A stretch of DNA of 64,000 nucleotides, taken from contig CM119264.1 of assembly GCA_051294375.1 (NCBI GenBank), positions 21,547,582-21,611,581 on the forward strand. Reading direction: 5' to 3'. The DNA is from Paraspadella gotoi (Eukaryota > Animalia > Chaetognatha). A program made the position numbers and the translations under genes. Under the pieces are notes generated by a model. It had not been told where the DNA came from. It worked only from the letters and a program-made list of their open reading frames with translations, and made no database searches. This document shows positions 1 through 14,011 of the stretch, piece by piece (positions within the stretch are counted from its first letter, which is position 1; each line of letters starts with the position of its first letter).

Positions 1-3000
1 AAAGAGATAAAAAGGTTAAAAACACCGACAAACAACTTTTTTAATGTAAAAATAGATAAAAATGTTAAATACACCGGCAGACGACTATGTAAAAAGAGCT
101 AAAAACGTTAAAAACACCCGAAAACGACTTTTCCAATGTCAATAAAGATAAAAACGTTAAAAACTCCGTAAAACGTCTTTTCCATTGTAAAAAAGGATAA
201 AAACGTTGAAAACAGCAGAAAACAACTTCTTCAATGGAAAAAGAGATAATAACTTTAATAACAAAGAAAAACGCTTTTTCCAATGTAAAAAGAAATAGAA
301 ACGTAGAAAACACCGGCAAACGATTTTTCAATTTAAAAAGAGATAAAAAAGTTAAAAAACCGACAAACAACTTTTCCAATGTAAAAAGAGATAAAAACGT
401 TAAATACACCGGCAAAGGACTTTCACTATGTAAAAAGAGCTAAAAACGTTAAAAACACCCGAAAAACCGAAAAACCGAAAAACGTCTTTTACATTGTGAA
501 AAAGGATAAAAACGTTGAAACCACCAGAAAACAATTTCTTCAATGTAAAAAGAGATAAAAACTTTAAAAACAAAGAAAAAAGAGATAAAAACGTAGAAAA
601 TACCGGAAAACGATATTTTCAAAGAAAAAAGAAATAAAAACTTCTGCAAACCACTTTTTCAAAATAAAAATAAATAAAAACGTTTAAAAAATTGGCAAAC
701 AACTTTTTGATTGTATAAAGAGATAAAAACGTTAAAAACACTAGAAAACGACTTTTCTTTTGTAGAATGAGATAAAAACGTTAAACACACCAGAAAACGA
801 CTTTTTCCTAGTAAAAAAAGTGAAAACGTTAAAAACACTGTAAAACGACTTTTCCAATTTAAAAAGAGATAAAAACATTGAAAACACCGGCAAACGATAT
901 TTTCAATTTAAAAAGAAATAAAAACGTTAAAAACTTCGGCAAACACAACTTTTTCATTATAGAAAAGAGTATAAAATGATTAAATACGCGGCACCAACGA
1001 TTTTTTCCAATGTAAAAAGGAGATAAAAAACACGACAAACGACTTTTCCATGTAAAAAGATATATAATAACGTTAAAAAACAACCAGCAAGACTGAATTT
1101 TCCAAAAAGAGATAAAAACTTTAAAAAAACAAAGGAACAAAACGCTTTTTCCAATGTAATAAAGATGATAATAACGTAGAAACACCGGCAAACGAGTTTT
1201 TTCAAATGTAAAAAAAATAAAAAACGTTAAAAAAGCATCGGCAAACATTTTTGGCAATATAAAAAAGAGAAAAAAAAGTATATACTAAAAACACCGAAAA
1301 AACACTTTTCAATGTAAAAAAGTAAAAACGTTAAATACACCGGCTAACGAACTTTTTCCTATGTAAAAAGAGCTAAAAGCGTTAAAAACACCGGAAAACA
1401 ACTTTTCCAATGTCAATAAAGAATAAAAACGTTAAATAACAGCATACGAAAGCGGAAAAAAATTTTTCTTCCTTGTAAAAGGATAAAAACATTAAAACAT
1501 CGGAGAAAACCGTGATTGTTTCAATGTAAAAAAGAGAAATAAAACTTTCAAAACAAATGAAAACGCTTTTTTCCAAGTAAAATAAAAAAATAAAACAAAC
1601 CGTAGAAACGACAGGAAAACGAATATTTTTCAAAAAGAAAAAAAGAAATAAAAACTTCTGCAAAACGCAGCTTTTTTCATATAAAAAAGATGAAAAGGTT
1701 CACAACACATCGACAAAACGACTTTTCCAATGTAAAAAGAAAAGATAAAACACGTTAAAAAAACGGCAGCAAACGACTTTTCCCAAAGAGATAAAAACTT
1801 TCAAAGAAAAAACGCTTTTTTCGCAATGTAGAAAAGATAAATACGTAGAAAACACAGCCTAAACGATTTTTTCAATGTAAAAAAGAAATAAAAAACTTTC
1901 GCGGAAACATTTTTTTAAATATAAAAGAGATTAAAAGGCTTTAAAACACCAAACAAACAACTTTTCCAATGTAAAAAGAGATAAAAACGTTAAATGATGC
2001 ACCGGTTAACGGACTTTTCCTGATGTAAAAAGAGCTAAAAACGTTAAAAACCCGCGGATAATACGACTTTTCCATTGTCAAAGTNNNNNNNNNNNNNNNN
2101 NNNNNNNNNCGATTTTTTCAATGTAAAAAAAAATAAAAACGTTAAAAACATCGGCAAACATTTTTTGCAATATAAAAAGAGAAAAAAAGTATAAAAAACA
2201 CCGAAAAAACAACTTTTCCAATGTAAAAAAAGATAAAAACGTTAAATACACCGGCAAACGACTTTTCCTATGTAAAAAGAGCTAAAAACGTTAAAAACAC
2301 CGGAAAACAACTTTTCCAATGTCAATAAAGATAAAAACGTTAAAAACACCGAAAAAATTCTTTTCCAATGTAAAAAAGGATAAAAACATTGAAAACAGCA
2401 GAAAACAACTTTTTCAATGTAAAAAGAGATAAAAACTTTAAAAACAAAGAAAAACGCTTTTTCCAATGTAAAAAAAATAAAAACGTAGAAAACACAGGAA
2501 AACGATATTTTCAAAGAAAAAAGAAATAAAAACTTCTGCAAACCACTTTTTCAATATAAAAAAAGATGAAAAGGTTCAAAACATCGACAAACGACTTTTC
2601 CAATGTAAAAAGAGATAAAAACGTTAAAAAAACCAGCAAACGACTTTTCCCAAGAGATAAAAACTTTAAAACAAAGAAAAACGCTTTTTCCAATGTAGAA
2701 AAAGATAAAAACGTAGAAAACACCAGCAAACGATTTTTTCAATGTAAAAAGAAATAAAAACTTCGGGAAACATTTTTTTAAATATAAAAAGAGATTAAAA
2801 GGTTAAAAACACCAACAAACAACTTTTCCAATGTAAAAAGAGATAAAAACGTTAAATACACCGGTTAACGACTTTTCCTATGTAAAAAGAGCTAAAAACG
2901 TTAAAAACACCCGAAAACGACTTTTCCATTGTAAAAAAGGATAAAAACGTTGAAAACAGCAGAATAATACTTTTTCAATGTAAAAAGAGATAAAAACTTT

Positions 3001-5225
3001 AAAAACAAAGAAAAACGCTTTTTCCAAAGTAAAAAGAGATAAAAACGTAGAAAACACCGGAAAACGATATTTTTTAAGAAAAACGAAATAAAAACGTTAC
3101 AAACTTCTGCAAACAAATTTTTCAATATAAAAATAGATAAAAAGGTTAAAAACACCGGCAAACAACTTTTTGATTGTATAAAAAGATAAAAACGTTAAAA
3201 ACACTAGAAAACGACTTTTTCCTAGAAAAAAAATGAAAACGTTAAAAACACTGTATAACGACTTTTCCAATGTAAAAAGAGATAACAACGTTAAATACAC
3301 CGGCAGACGACATTTCCTATGTAAAAAGAGATATAAACATTAAAAACACCAGCAAACGATTTTTCAAAGAGATAAAAACTTTAAAAACAAAGGAAAACGC
3401 TTTTTCCAATGTAAAAAGAGATAAAAACGTTGAAAACACCGGCATACGATTTTTTCAATGAAAAAAGAAATAAAAACGTTAAAAACTTCGGCAAACATTT
3501 TTTGAAATATAAAAAGAGATAAAAAGGTTAAAAACACCGACAAACAACTTTTCCAATGTAAAAAAAGATAAAAACGTTAAATACACCGGCAAACGACTTT
3601 TCCTATGTAAAAAGAGCTAAAAACGTTAAAAACACCCGAAAACGACTTTTCCAATGTCAAAAAAGATAAAAACGTTAAAAACGCCGAAAACCGTCTTTTC
3701 CATTGTAAAAAAGGATGAAAACGTTGAAAACAGCAGAATACCACTTTTTCAATGTAAAAAGAAATAAAAAATTTAAAAACAAAGAAAAACGTATTTTCCA
3801 ATGTAAAAAGAGATAAAAACGTAGAAAACACCAGAAAAAGGATATTTTCAAAGAAAAACGAAATAAAAACGTTAAAAACTTCTGCAAACAACTTTTTCAA
3901 TATAAAAAAGATAAAAAGGTCAAAAACACCGGCAAACAACTTTTTGATTGTATAAAAAGATAAAAACGTTAAAAAACACCAGAAAAAGACTTTTTCCTAG
4001 TAAAACAAATGAAAACGTTAAAACTTTTCCAATGTAAAAAGAGATAAAAACGTTAAAAACACTAGCAAACTTCTTTTCCAATATAAAAAGAGATAAAAAC
4101 TTTTAAAAAACCGGCAAACGATTTTTCCAATGTAAAAAGAGATAAAAAACACCGACAAACGACTTTTCCATTGTAAAAAGAGATACGAATGTTAAATACA
4201 CCGGCAGACGACATTTCCTAGGTAAAAAAAGATAAAAACGTTAAAAACACCAGCAAACGACTTTTCCAAAGAGATAAAAACTTTAAAAACAAAGAAAAAC
4301 GCTTTTTCCAATTTAAAAAGAGATAAAAACGTAGAAAACACCGGCAAACGATATTTTCAATAAATAATGTTAAAAACTTCGGCAAATATTTTTTTTCAAT
4401 ATAAAAAGAGATAAAAACGTTAAATACACCGGCAAACGGCTTTTCCTATGTAAAAAGAGCTAAAAACGTTAAAAACACCCGAAAACGACTTTTCCAATGT
4501 CAATAAAGATGAAAACATTAAAAACACCGAAAAACGTATTTTCCATTGTAAAAAAAGATAAAAACATTGAAAACACCAGAAAACAACTTCTTTACAAAAG
4601 AAAAGTCGTTTTTTGATGTTTTTAACGTTTTTAGCTTTTTTACATAGGAATAGTCGTTTGACGGGGTTTTCAACGGTTTTATTTCGTTTTTTTATTGGAA
4701 AAGTCATTTGCCAAAGTTTTGAACGTTTTTCATTCTTTTTACATTGGACAAGTGCTTTTTCGGTGTTTTTAACGTTTTTATCTCTTTTTGCATTGGAAAA
4801 GTCGTTTTCCAGTGTTTTTAATGTTTACATTTTTTTTACTAAGTAAAAGTCGTTTGCTATTGTTTTTAACTTTTTTATCAATTTTTAAATTTAAAAAGTC
4901 GATTGTCGCTGGGAAAGTCGTTTGCCAAAGTTTTTAACGTTTTTATTTCTTTTTAGATTGAAAAAGTTGTTTGACGGTGTTTTCAAAGTTTTTATCTCTT
5001 TTTACATTACGTTTTCCGGTGTTTTTAACGTTTTTTGCTTTTTTTACATTGGAAAAGTCGTTTTACAGTGTTTTTAACGTTTTCATGTTTTTTACTAGGA
5101 TAAAGTCGTTTTCCGGTGTTTTTAACGTTTTTATCTCATTCTACAAAAGAAAAGTCTTTTTTTATCGGTTTTATCTCTTTATACAATCAAAGTTGTTTGC
5201 CGGTGTTTTTAACCTTTTTATCTTG
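1..5225. repeat. Satellite array, degenerate ~49-bp monomer (consensus-like aaaaagagataaaaacgttaaaaacaccggcaaacgacttttccaatgt) with higher-order variants; A-rich strand to ~4590, inverted ~4591-5225
   Basis: Continuous recurrence of gataaaaacgttaaaaacacc / aaacgacttttccaatgt; all ORFs here are low-complexity F/L/K translations of the repeat. Confidence 0.95.
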
Positions 5226-5253
5226 CTTTTGCTTGAGAGTCATAAAACTTTAG

Positions 5254-5624
5254 TGTTAGTTATATTTGAATTAGCCTCCAATTTAGTAATTAACTTTCGT
5301 TCAAATTTTTTCTCTCTAAATTTTCTCAGTTCCAAAGTTTAATATTTCATAGATTCCCAGGAACTCGGCGCCTATTTTGTAAACATTTTGTCTAAGTAGA
5401 ATAAACAAAGGAAGAGAGACGAGAAGGAGGCCGAGATTTTAGTGTATTCCATTTTTAGATCTCAAGGGAGTAAGACGCAATATTTTATCAACTGTTTTAT
5501 TAACTAATACAACTTTGGCAATTTACAATTATATCAGGTAACTTCAAAAACTAATTAGACAGATTATGCATAATCCAGCTCTCTATCTGACATCTATTGA
5601 GGGTCACAGGTCACGTTACCGACA
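5254..5624 (+). repeat. 5' LTR (371 bp)
   Basis: TG..CA termini, colinear with 14605-14966, contains AATAAA. Confidence 0.93.
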
Positions 5625-5636
5625 TGGTGGCCAGCG
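5625..5636 (+). promoter_or_regulatory. tRNA primer-binding site (TGGTGGCCAGCG)
   Basis: Starts with TGG (complement of tRNA CCA) directly after the LTR's terminal CA; same motif next to the LTR copy at 36949-36960 (minus). Confidence 0.85.
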
Positions 5637-5850
5637 TTGTTCGCTTAACGGACAGCCTCGAAGTTATCTGTACGCGCGAATGATTGTTTTTGTCCGAGTT
5701 GATAAGGGGGTAATATAAGATTTTTTTTTCTTTTCCCGATGATAGGATATGTGTTGAAATGTGAAGGAAATTTTCCTTGTAACAAATAGTATTTATTTTT
5801 TTTTGCCTTTCTGACATTAGAATATGAATTATGATTGGAGACGAAGAAAT

Positions 5851-6386
5851 TTTTAGTCGGCTCTGCTTATCAGCAGATCCCGACTCTATAAAACTCACTT
5901 TGTCGTCCGCCCCCTCAATATTGTCGGGCACACACTTATATCAGTCAGAACATCGAATTATGATAAATTATGCAAAAAAAATGATGTCCGTCCGTTCGTC
6001 GTCCGTCCGTCCGTCCGTCCGTCCGTCCCACCTTAGCAAAAAACTCCAATTACTCGTGATTGATGGATGGATTGGTATGAAATTTTGTGTGTGTGTGGTA
6101 GGAACTGTGTGATTGAGATGGATATGAAGTTTCGAGGGAATCGTGCGAGTGGAAATGGGGTTTAAATGGAAAAAACAAAAGTCATATTTTACTTGAAGTA
6201 TTTTTACTTAAATTTACTCATAATTATTATGTTTATTAAAATTGGATAGATAAATCGAAATTGATTTTTGTGTGTGGGTAGGAAAGTATGTGATGGAATC
6301 ATAGGAGTGGAAAAGAGTTCAAATTAGAAAACCAAAAGACACATTTTATTTGAATTTTTTAAAGTTTCTCTCTCTCTATCTCTCTC

Positions 6387-6422
<36 letters not shown>

Positions 6423-7709
6423 GATTGATTGATTGATTGATTGACCAAATTATGCCAATGTGACAAAAATATGCCAGTTGACCAAATTCCTAAAGTTGAC
6501 CAAATTATGCCAGTTGACCAAATTCTGCAAGTTGATCAAGTTCTGCAAGTTGACCAAATTATGCCTGTTGACCAATATTGATGCAAATAATAGGCCAGTT
6601 GATGAAATTATGCCAGTTGACCAAATTATGCCGGTTGACCAAATTATCTTAATTGATCGAATTATGTCAGTTGACCAAATTATGTCAGTTGACCAAATTA
6701 TGTCAGTAGACCAAATTATGTCAGTTAACCAAATTATGTCTGTTGACCAAATTAGGCAAGTTGATTAAATTATGCAAGTTGACCAAGTTAGCTTATTACC
6801 ACTTAATTATCGATTGACCTGGAATTTTGTTATATGAGTAGAAAAGTGTGTGATTGAACAGGAAACCAAGTTTTGATGAAATCTTTTGGGTAGAAATGAG
6901 TTTAATGGAAAAAACAAAAAACCTGTTTCACTAATTGATTATGATTCTTTTTCCTTTTATATTAAATGTATATGCAGGATGTATTAATAAATCAAATAAT
7001 TAATCAGTTAATTAATCAATTGTCAATTAATTAATCAATAATTAATAATCAGTCAATCAATCCGTCCATCCGTCCCACCTTAGCAAAAAGCTCCAATAAC
7101 TCGTGATTGGCTGTTGGATTAGAATGAAATTTTGTGTGGTGGGTAGGAAAGTGTGTGATAAAGCTGGATATAAAGTTTCGACGGAATCGTGTGAGTGGAA
7201 ATGAGTTTAAGAGGAAAAAACATAAGTCGAATTTACTAAAATATTTTTACTTATTTTAACCAATAAGTCCTCTAATTAATCATAATTGGATGGATAGATT
7301 GAGTTCAATTTTTTTGTGTGAGTAGAAAATGTGTAACGATGCTTGATTAAAGTTTCAGAGGAAACGTACGATGGAAATGAGTTTAAATGAAAAAAAATAT
7401 GAGTCACATTTACTTGATTCTTTTTACTTCTTTTAACCCATAATAGATTAAGATGAAATTTTTTGAGGCGGGTAGGAAAGTGTGTGAAAAAGCTAGATAT
7501 AAAGTTTTGACGGAATTGTGCCAGTGGAAATGAGTTTAAATGGAAAAAACATAAGTCACATTTACTTGAATCTTTATTATTTATGATTACTAATTTATGA
7601 TTACTAAATAAATGTTTTAATTAATTAATTAATTAATTAATTATGTGAAAAAATGATGCAATTTAAAAAAAATATGCAAGTTGAAAAAATGATGCAAAGC
7701 AAGGATCGA

Positions 7710-7765
<56 letters not shown>

Positions 7766-7799
7766 AGAAAAATGAGCATAAGGATCATCGCTATTGCAA

Positions 7800-7832
<33 letters not shown>

Positions 7833-8830
7833 AAAGAGAGCAGAAAATGAGCATAAGGATCATCGCAATTGCAAAGAGAGAGAGAGAGAGAGAGAGACAG
7901 AAAAATGAGCATAAGGATCGTTGCAATTGCAAAGAGAGAGAGAGAGAGAGAAGAGAGAGAGAGAAAGAGAGAGAGTCCGAGATAAATTAGCGAATAAAAA
8001 GTTGTTATTTTACTCACTTAATAAAAATACTTAAAATACTTGCAAAATACATAAAATTGATAAAATTATTATTCCGATAACAATGTTTAATCACATGCAA
8101 TATATCTAGTAAGGCGGGCCAAAATTGAACACTTTTTATAACTTCTAGTTCTCGTCTGCTTAACCATTATTTATTTGAGAGAACTTCTAGTTTTCAACCA
8201 GTTCCGGCCTAATATCTAGTAAGGCGGGCCAAAATTGAACACTTTTTAATAATTCTAGTTCTCTTTAAAATTTTTTTTCCTTTTACTACTAAATCGATTT
8301 TCAATGTAACTTTTTGAATTAGTTCATTGGGTTTGTTGCACTGAAGCTTTTAAATATTGATTAATATATAATAATTATATAAAGTTTTGACGGAATTGTG
8401 CCAGTGGAAATGAGTTTAGATGGAAAAAACATAAGTCACATTTACTTGAATCTTTAATATTAATGATTACTAAAATGTTTTAATTAATATATTAATTAAT
8501 TAATGTGAAAAAATGATGCAAGTTAAAATTTTTTTAAAAGCATAAAGATCGTCGCAATTGCATAAAAAAAAAAAAAAAAAAAGAGAGAGAGAGAGAGTAG
8601 AGAGAGAGAGAGAGAGAGAGAGACATAAATAAAATAGAGGATATTTGTTTGTTTTGATAAAATGTAATGATATTTAATAACTGTCCTAACCAATTTTAAG
8701 GACATCGATGATAGGTTGAATATAAATTTAAAATTAATTATTACATATTAAAATTTATTAATTAATTAATTAATCGATTAATTAATTAATTATCGTAGGC
8801 AGATCCGACATTGTTTGCTCAAACTTGTTT
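5851..8830 (+). mobile_element. Non-autonomous DINE-1/Helentron-associated (HINE-like) element nested in the LTR element leader
   Basis: 5' hairpin AGTCGGCTCTGCTtatcAGCAGATCCCGACT; (GTCC)n microsatellite at ~5986-6030; internal tandem repeats; 3' subterminal inverted copy GCAGATCCGAC (8799-8809), then a small stem and CTTG; inserted in a T run; the related leader at 36700-36780 (minus) lacks it (empty site). Confidence 0.8.
6440..6790 (+). repeat. 18-bp tandem minisatellite (gttgaccaaattatgcca-like) inside the HINE-like element
   Basis: Visible 18-nt periodicity; explains the VDQIMS-repeat ORF at 6460-6768. Confidence 0.9.
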
Positions 8831-9412
8831 TGAATATTGCTTACTCGAAAACCAAAACATTAACCTAAAGTCAAATAATAGATCACAAGTTTCTTATTAC
8901 GTCAAATATTTTTATTTTCACGCCTCACTTCGCGTCCTGTCAAACGATTTTTTTCGAGTTTTCTTTCCTTTAATTCCTCACTCTCAGATTATCTCTCCAA
9001 CCCTCTCGCAAAATAATATTTTATTTTCATGATTCAACGAATTCTTTCGAATTTTTTGGCACTAATTGTACTAAGGATCGACCGATGAAATGACTTGACA
9101 TAAAAAAGATTTTACTCCTAATTTCGACGTTTTGGTTTATTCTAAACTCTCCTTTTCACTCGATTCCATTTCCACGAATTTTAATTTAGTACAAATGCAT
9201 TTTCATTTGACTGAGTATGTTTATATTTTGTTTATTTTCTTTCTTTCTCGAAATACGGTTAAAACGAACAATGTATTTGGATAACTAAAATAGTAAGCAC
9301 GGAGGGTTACAAAGCAATTGAAATTGGGTCGAATAATATAAACGAGTTGAGACAGAATTTTTCCTTCCTTTAGGAGGGAGGGGAAAGTATACCTAAAGAA
9401 ACGAAAAATTAT

Positions 9413-10827
9413 ATGAGTAAACGAATTTATACTATTTTCACCAGGATCACAAGGAAAAATCAAGGCCGGATCGAAGGATTGCTATTGCTCTCTACGACCG
9501 AATATAAAATTACAACAAATTTTAAAACAAGGAGTACGAATTTTGATTACGGATTTACGACGGATTGCTACGGCTCTCTTGGCCGAATAAAATGAAATTG
9601 ACGGACATATAAAACAAAAGAAGTTTTCCCGTGGTGATTTGGATACTTGGACGATGCAGGAGCTCGTGAGAGAGTGTGACGTTGTTCAGACCTGCGTGCA
9701 AGACGCGATAGAAGCTCCGCTTTTGGTGTACAAAAAAGAGGCCGACCCACGATCGTCGAAGAAGCAACGCGTTTAGAGCTCATAGAGACCCGCTCTCCAA
9801 CATTACGCGTGAGGGCTCCGGATTCTTGTACGCAAAACTACAACACGCCACAGGCCCCACTGTTGGGTCCATGTTGAAAGTCAGAAGCGGTGAGGGCTAA
9901 CGACGACACAGGAGATACGACGAAATTGGCATGCCGCCGACGTCTGGAGCGGCTACTCCAGACGCGCCAATGGATCTTCGCATCGTTCCTGGAGAATGGA
10001 GAGAGAATGTTGCGTTCCGCTTTCTCTGTTCCACAACCTTTTCAAACTCGATGAATGCTGCTGCCTAATCCTTCGTGGCAATCGCCAGCTGCCGCGTCAC
10101 AGCAGTTTGGTCGTTGGATTGCCCCGAGGGCATTTCATCGTGAGGGCGTGGCCGACGCTGAACGGAGCCTTTTCCGGAAAGGAGTTTCAACGTCTTGGGG
10201 CTTATCGAATGCTTCTGCAATGCAGCAGCCGCCGCCACCGACACCAGGATTTGCTTCTCCTGCGCCGCCTGTTGTAGACTCTGCCGCACCGGGAGTTCCA
10301 CGTCCAGGTTCAGAATTACCCTATATGAGAAATGGATCCGTCAGAAACGTTTTAAAAATTCCTATTAGATTTTTCGACGTCTCACGAAACGAAATGTTTT
10401 ATTGCTAATTTACATTGCGGGAACCACTTTAGAGTGAATGGTGACGCTGTGATTGAATTAAAAGAAATTTAATTAATTAAATTTATAGAAAGCCTAGCCG
10501 AAATACGGGATGCATTGGTTTGGGCTGACGACACAAATTATTCATCTAATGGCCTCGTCAGTTACGATAGTGATAGTGATAGTGATAGTGCGCGTGCCGC
10601 GCGACGTTTTGATCGTACGAGAGTGAATGCGATCGATGAAAGTGAGTTTCTTGTTTAATCCCGAGGGAAGCGGGGATGAGGAAGATCAAAGTAAATCGTT
10701 TACAGTAAAAAGGAAACTAAACTATACCGAATCGGCGGAAAAGAAAGGGATTGGCAAGAATGTATGCTGGAATTGTTTTTCTGACAAACACATGGCAATA
10801 ACTTGTCTGAAGAAACGATGCCTGTAG
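9413..10827 (+). pseudogene. gag: Decayed gag with CCHC zinc knuckle
   Basis: CWNCFSDKHMAITC = C-x2-C-x4-H-x4-C in ORF 10627-10827; Pro-rich fragment at 10055-10408; lies between PBS and protease; broken into several ORFs, start uncertain. Confidence 0.75.
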
Positions 10828-10928
10828 GCTAACAAAATGAAACTGGAAGAAAAGAAAATGAAATGAATGTTTGAGATTAAAATTAAACATTTTGAAATCA
10901 GCAATGCAAAAAAAAAATTGATAGGGAA

Positions 10929-11345
10929 TTGGTGGTAAAGTTTTTTATGAGGAATATGTCAATAAACAAAACGGAAATAAACGTTTTTGCATATGTAATG
11001 GGAAATGAATGTCCGAATTTTTTAGGTAGTGATGTGTTGGCATCCAATGACAGTATAATTGACTATGAAAAACGTATATTAAAAATAAAAGGTGAAAAGG
11101 TAACCTTATTCCGTTCTCTGAGAGAGGCTAAATATAGTAGCTGGACAGACAGACCGAAAACCGAAAATATGAAATTTTCCCCTCGTACCGCGCTCTCTCT
11201 TCCTCCGACGGCTTTGACTTCCGTTGAAGTTGAACTCAGTGACCAAAATTCGGCGATCATCTTAACTCTTTGGTTAAACCGAATGACGGAGTAACCTAGG
11301 AAAAAGAAGAAAAGATTTATTGGGTCTTAATGATGAACAAAAACG
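10929..11345 (+). pseudogene. Retropepsin-like aspartic protease remnant (5' part of pol)
   Basis: NFLGSDVLASNDSIIDYEKRILKI resembles the C-terminal 'LGxD.L....IDY' motif of Ty3/Gypsy proteases; directly follows gag. Confidence 0.7.
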
Positions 11346-11850
11346 AAACAGCTCGTGCCTTAAATTATATACAAGAATTTTATGAAATTGGTACAACCAA
11401 TATAAAAATTATCCATTCATTTAATAAATAAGCTATCTTGCCCCTGACTTTGGACAGGCTTTGGTGGTTTAAGGCCTCCATCACTCTTACAAGATAATGA
11501 CATAGCATATTATTGTTCGTTTCATACCGTCGACTTTAAATGCCGCCGATCAAAGTTTGGAATCGAGCGACGTGAATTCGAAAATGTCAGGCTAAAAATA
11601 TTTTTCGCGATATTATTATTAGAAATTGACAGGGCGAGGTTATCCCTAACAAAAACCTATTTCGAAAAGGGGAAAAGAGGGCCCTTGGCAAAAATATCTA
11701 ATATTTCAAAAATAAATTCAGATTAATCAGAAATCTTCCCTTTAGAATCTTTTTGGGCCCTGAATCTCGAAGTGGATTCCGCTGCACCTCAGGGGTTGAC
11801 ACTCAAGAAGCAAACGAATCCGCCTGCAGATGGCAGTGTAAAAGGAATAA

Positions 11851-11950
11851 GGGCTGTTGTGAGAGGAAACCAAAGGATAAGGGCTGTTGTGAGAGGAAAC
11901 CAAAGGATAAGGGCTGTTGTGAGAGGAAACCAAAGGATAAGGGCTGTGAG
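11851..11950 (+). repeat. Perfect 30-bp tandem repeat x3 plus a partial unit (gggctgttgtgagaggaaaccaaaggataa) within a Cys-rich exon-like fragment
   Basis: Units at 11851-11880, 11881-11910 and 11911-11940 are identical. Confidence 0.95.
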
Positions 11951-12009
11951 AGGTTTAATTGTAATCGGATCATTGCTCCTGCTGCTGTAATTGTATATTT
12001 CAACTAAAT

Positions 12010-13188
<1,179 letters not shown>

Positions 13189-13561
13189 GAGAGAGAGCGA
13201 TCGATCATAAGTCGCCTTACTCGTTTTATTTCGATTTCTGGCGATACGATTTTTGTTATTAAATTATAAACAGATTTATTTTATTTTATCATTTTTTGAA
13301 AATGTTGATATGAAAATAAAAGGGTAATAACATACATATTGCCATGTAATGTTGATCGAAATCTACCTGGAAAAGGTTGGGAAAATTTATTCGAAATAAA
13401 TAAAATATTAACATTTCATACTTTGCGCTGAGGTGCGACCGGACGTTTCTTACTCCTGTTACGATGATTGAGGAGAGTACAAGGAACCGACAAACGATAC
13501 TTGGAACTTGAAGACCCTGAAATCATAATTTGTTTGCACCCTTTTACTTCAAAATAACCTG

Positions 13562-14011
13562 TTAGCACGAATCTGTTTGCACTTTTTCATTTCGACTTAA
13601 ATTGATTTTTGCATGTATCGGCACTGAATTAATTTGTACCTTTCTCTTACCGACACAATGACGACATTGAAGGGCGACGATGCCGATGATCAATACCAGA
13701 CAGACAATTGATAAAGCAGCAAGAACGACAAAGTAAAGAGTAGAATGGTCGGGCTGACAAATGCCGAAAACGCCTTGATTGGTGATGGGAATAGAACATG
13801 ATTTCCCATATTTCCAGCCGAGTCCGGCGAGCAGAGTGTAAAATGGCGCCGCAGACTGAACGAAAAAAATTTTCTCAATAGTGTTTACGAAATTTCTTAC
13901 CAAAATAATATTTTATATTTTACTTTAACTAAAAACCCGCCCTGGCGAAATAATCTTACCTTAAGGTTCTGAGTCTCTTACCCTTCCTACTGTTAAAAGG
14001 ATGAGCCACAT
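13562..14011 (-). CDS. Predicted 2-exon antisense gene in the LTR element: 107-aa type I membrane protein (exons 14011-13982, 13855-13562)
   Basis: ATG at 14011; MWLILLTVGR then donor AGG|GTAAGA; 126-nt intron; acceptor ttttttcgttcag| in phase 0; exon 2 SAAPFYTLLAGLGWKYGKSCSIPITNQGVFGICQPDHSTLYFVVLAALSIVCLVLIIGIVALQCRHCVGKRK...TDSC*. Confidence 0.6.

Noticed and set aside
65-5342. Numerous 60-130 aa F/L/K-rich ORFs (also at 15221-18909)
   Set aside because: Translations of the satellite monomer; no coding signal.
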